Shown: positions 63,091 through 64,000 of the stretch, piece by piece
Layout of the letters: the number at the start of each line of letters is the position of its first letter
How positions within the stretch are numbered: the stretch's first letter is position 1
NCBI GenBank assembly: GCA_002633005.1
Contig: NMRA01000894.1
Span: 1 to 64,000 of the forward strand
DNA: 64,000 nt
Origin: Phoronis australis
Lineage: Eukaryota > Animalia > Phoronida
Direction: 5' to 3'
The notes under the pieces: model-generated
The model's input: only the letters and a program-made list of their open reading frames with translations
What the model was told of the DNA's origin: nothing
Databases searched by the model: none
Made by a program: the position numbers and the translations under genes

Positions 63091-64000
63091 AAGTCGGACA
63101 TATGCAGGCATTTTTAAAAGTCTACTCGGTAAGTTCCAATGGTCACAAATATAAACATGTGCGAGGGATCACAAATCCGAAAGTTCACAAGTTCCACAAA
63201 AATTAAGGGTTTCATTATTCATATGACGAAATTTGCCCAACTAAACTGTTAAAATTAGACTACTGAATGTGTACAGCCTCCGCTATATTTTTAAAAGTCC
63301 ATTGCAATGATGAAATATTCGAAACTGATGCTATTACACAATGAAATTGCACCATAATCATAATCATACATGGACGACTGCAGTTTATGCTATAAAGGCA
63401 GTTCAATATGTGTCTGAAATGTATTTCTATTTTTGCTGAGGTGTGTTAGTGTCACTGATAATTTAAACATTTCACCTTGTCTACCACCTCCCAATCAATG
63501 CTAAAATGGCTAAGAGTTCAAACAATTATATTTAAGCACATACCAACAACTACAACAACAGTAACACAAGATTTTTCATAAAAATGTCTCGCCTATCACC
63601 AAGGTCGCTGACAACTGTTTCATAGCTCTTCAAAATGAGCCTCACTTCCTACCATCCACATTTATAACAGCAATCACGTTTCAGCAAGACACAAGCACAA
63701 ACGCATGATAGCTACAGATGCAAAACTTGAATACAGAGAAAAATATGGCGAAAATCACATGGTACAATGATATTTAGTTAAGGACAAAGGGGCAACCATA
63801 GCCGCTAGGAACATAATGTAAACCTAGAATTAGACAGCACATTAGATAGAATTCTGTTACACATTACATAATGTTCTCTATAACAATCACCTTCCTCTAA
63901 ACTCGGCTAACTATCTGGGTCTGCGAAACAATATACAGTAGCTGAGAGAGGAGTCATATTACTCAAACAATATATAGTAGCTGAGAGAGGAGTCATATTA

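Overview
AT-rich, intron-containing animal genomic DNA, most likely a marine invertebrate (taxon not determinable from sequence), with two assembly gaps. Four host genes are supported. They are the last two coding exons of TMEM59 (+), a complete interleukin-17 family gene (-; non-coding exon 1, one coding exon, ARE-rich 3' UTR, NF-kB-type promoter sites), MRPL55 (-; two coding exons) and a complete 9-coding-exon cystinosin CTNS (+; 418 aa). The rest is dense with mobile DNA: a decayed CR1/L2-group LINE interrupted by a 5'-truncated HERO-type (restriction-like endonuclease) retrotransposon, Helentron-associated (HINE/DINE-1-like) elements carrying arrays of CTCF-like motifs, Tc2/pogo-, hAT- and Harbinger-type MITEs, Penelope remnants and many short tandem duplications. 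The most notable signal is in the HERO 3' UTR (37884-37974, - strand). It holds all hammerhead ribozyme core elements with intact pairings, but in a non-circularly permuted, pseudoknotted order. All calls are by eye; no searches or folding programs were run.
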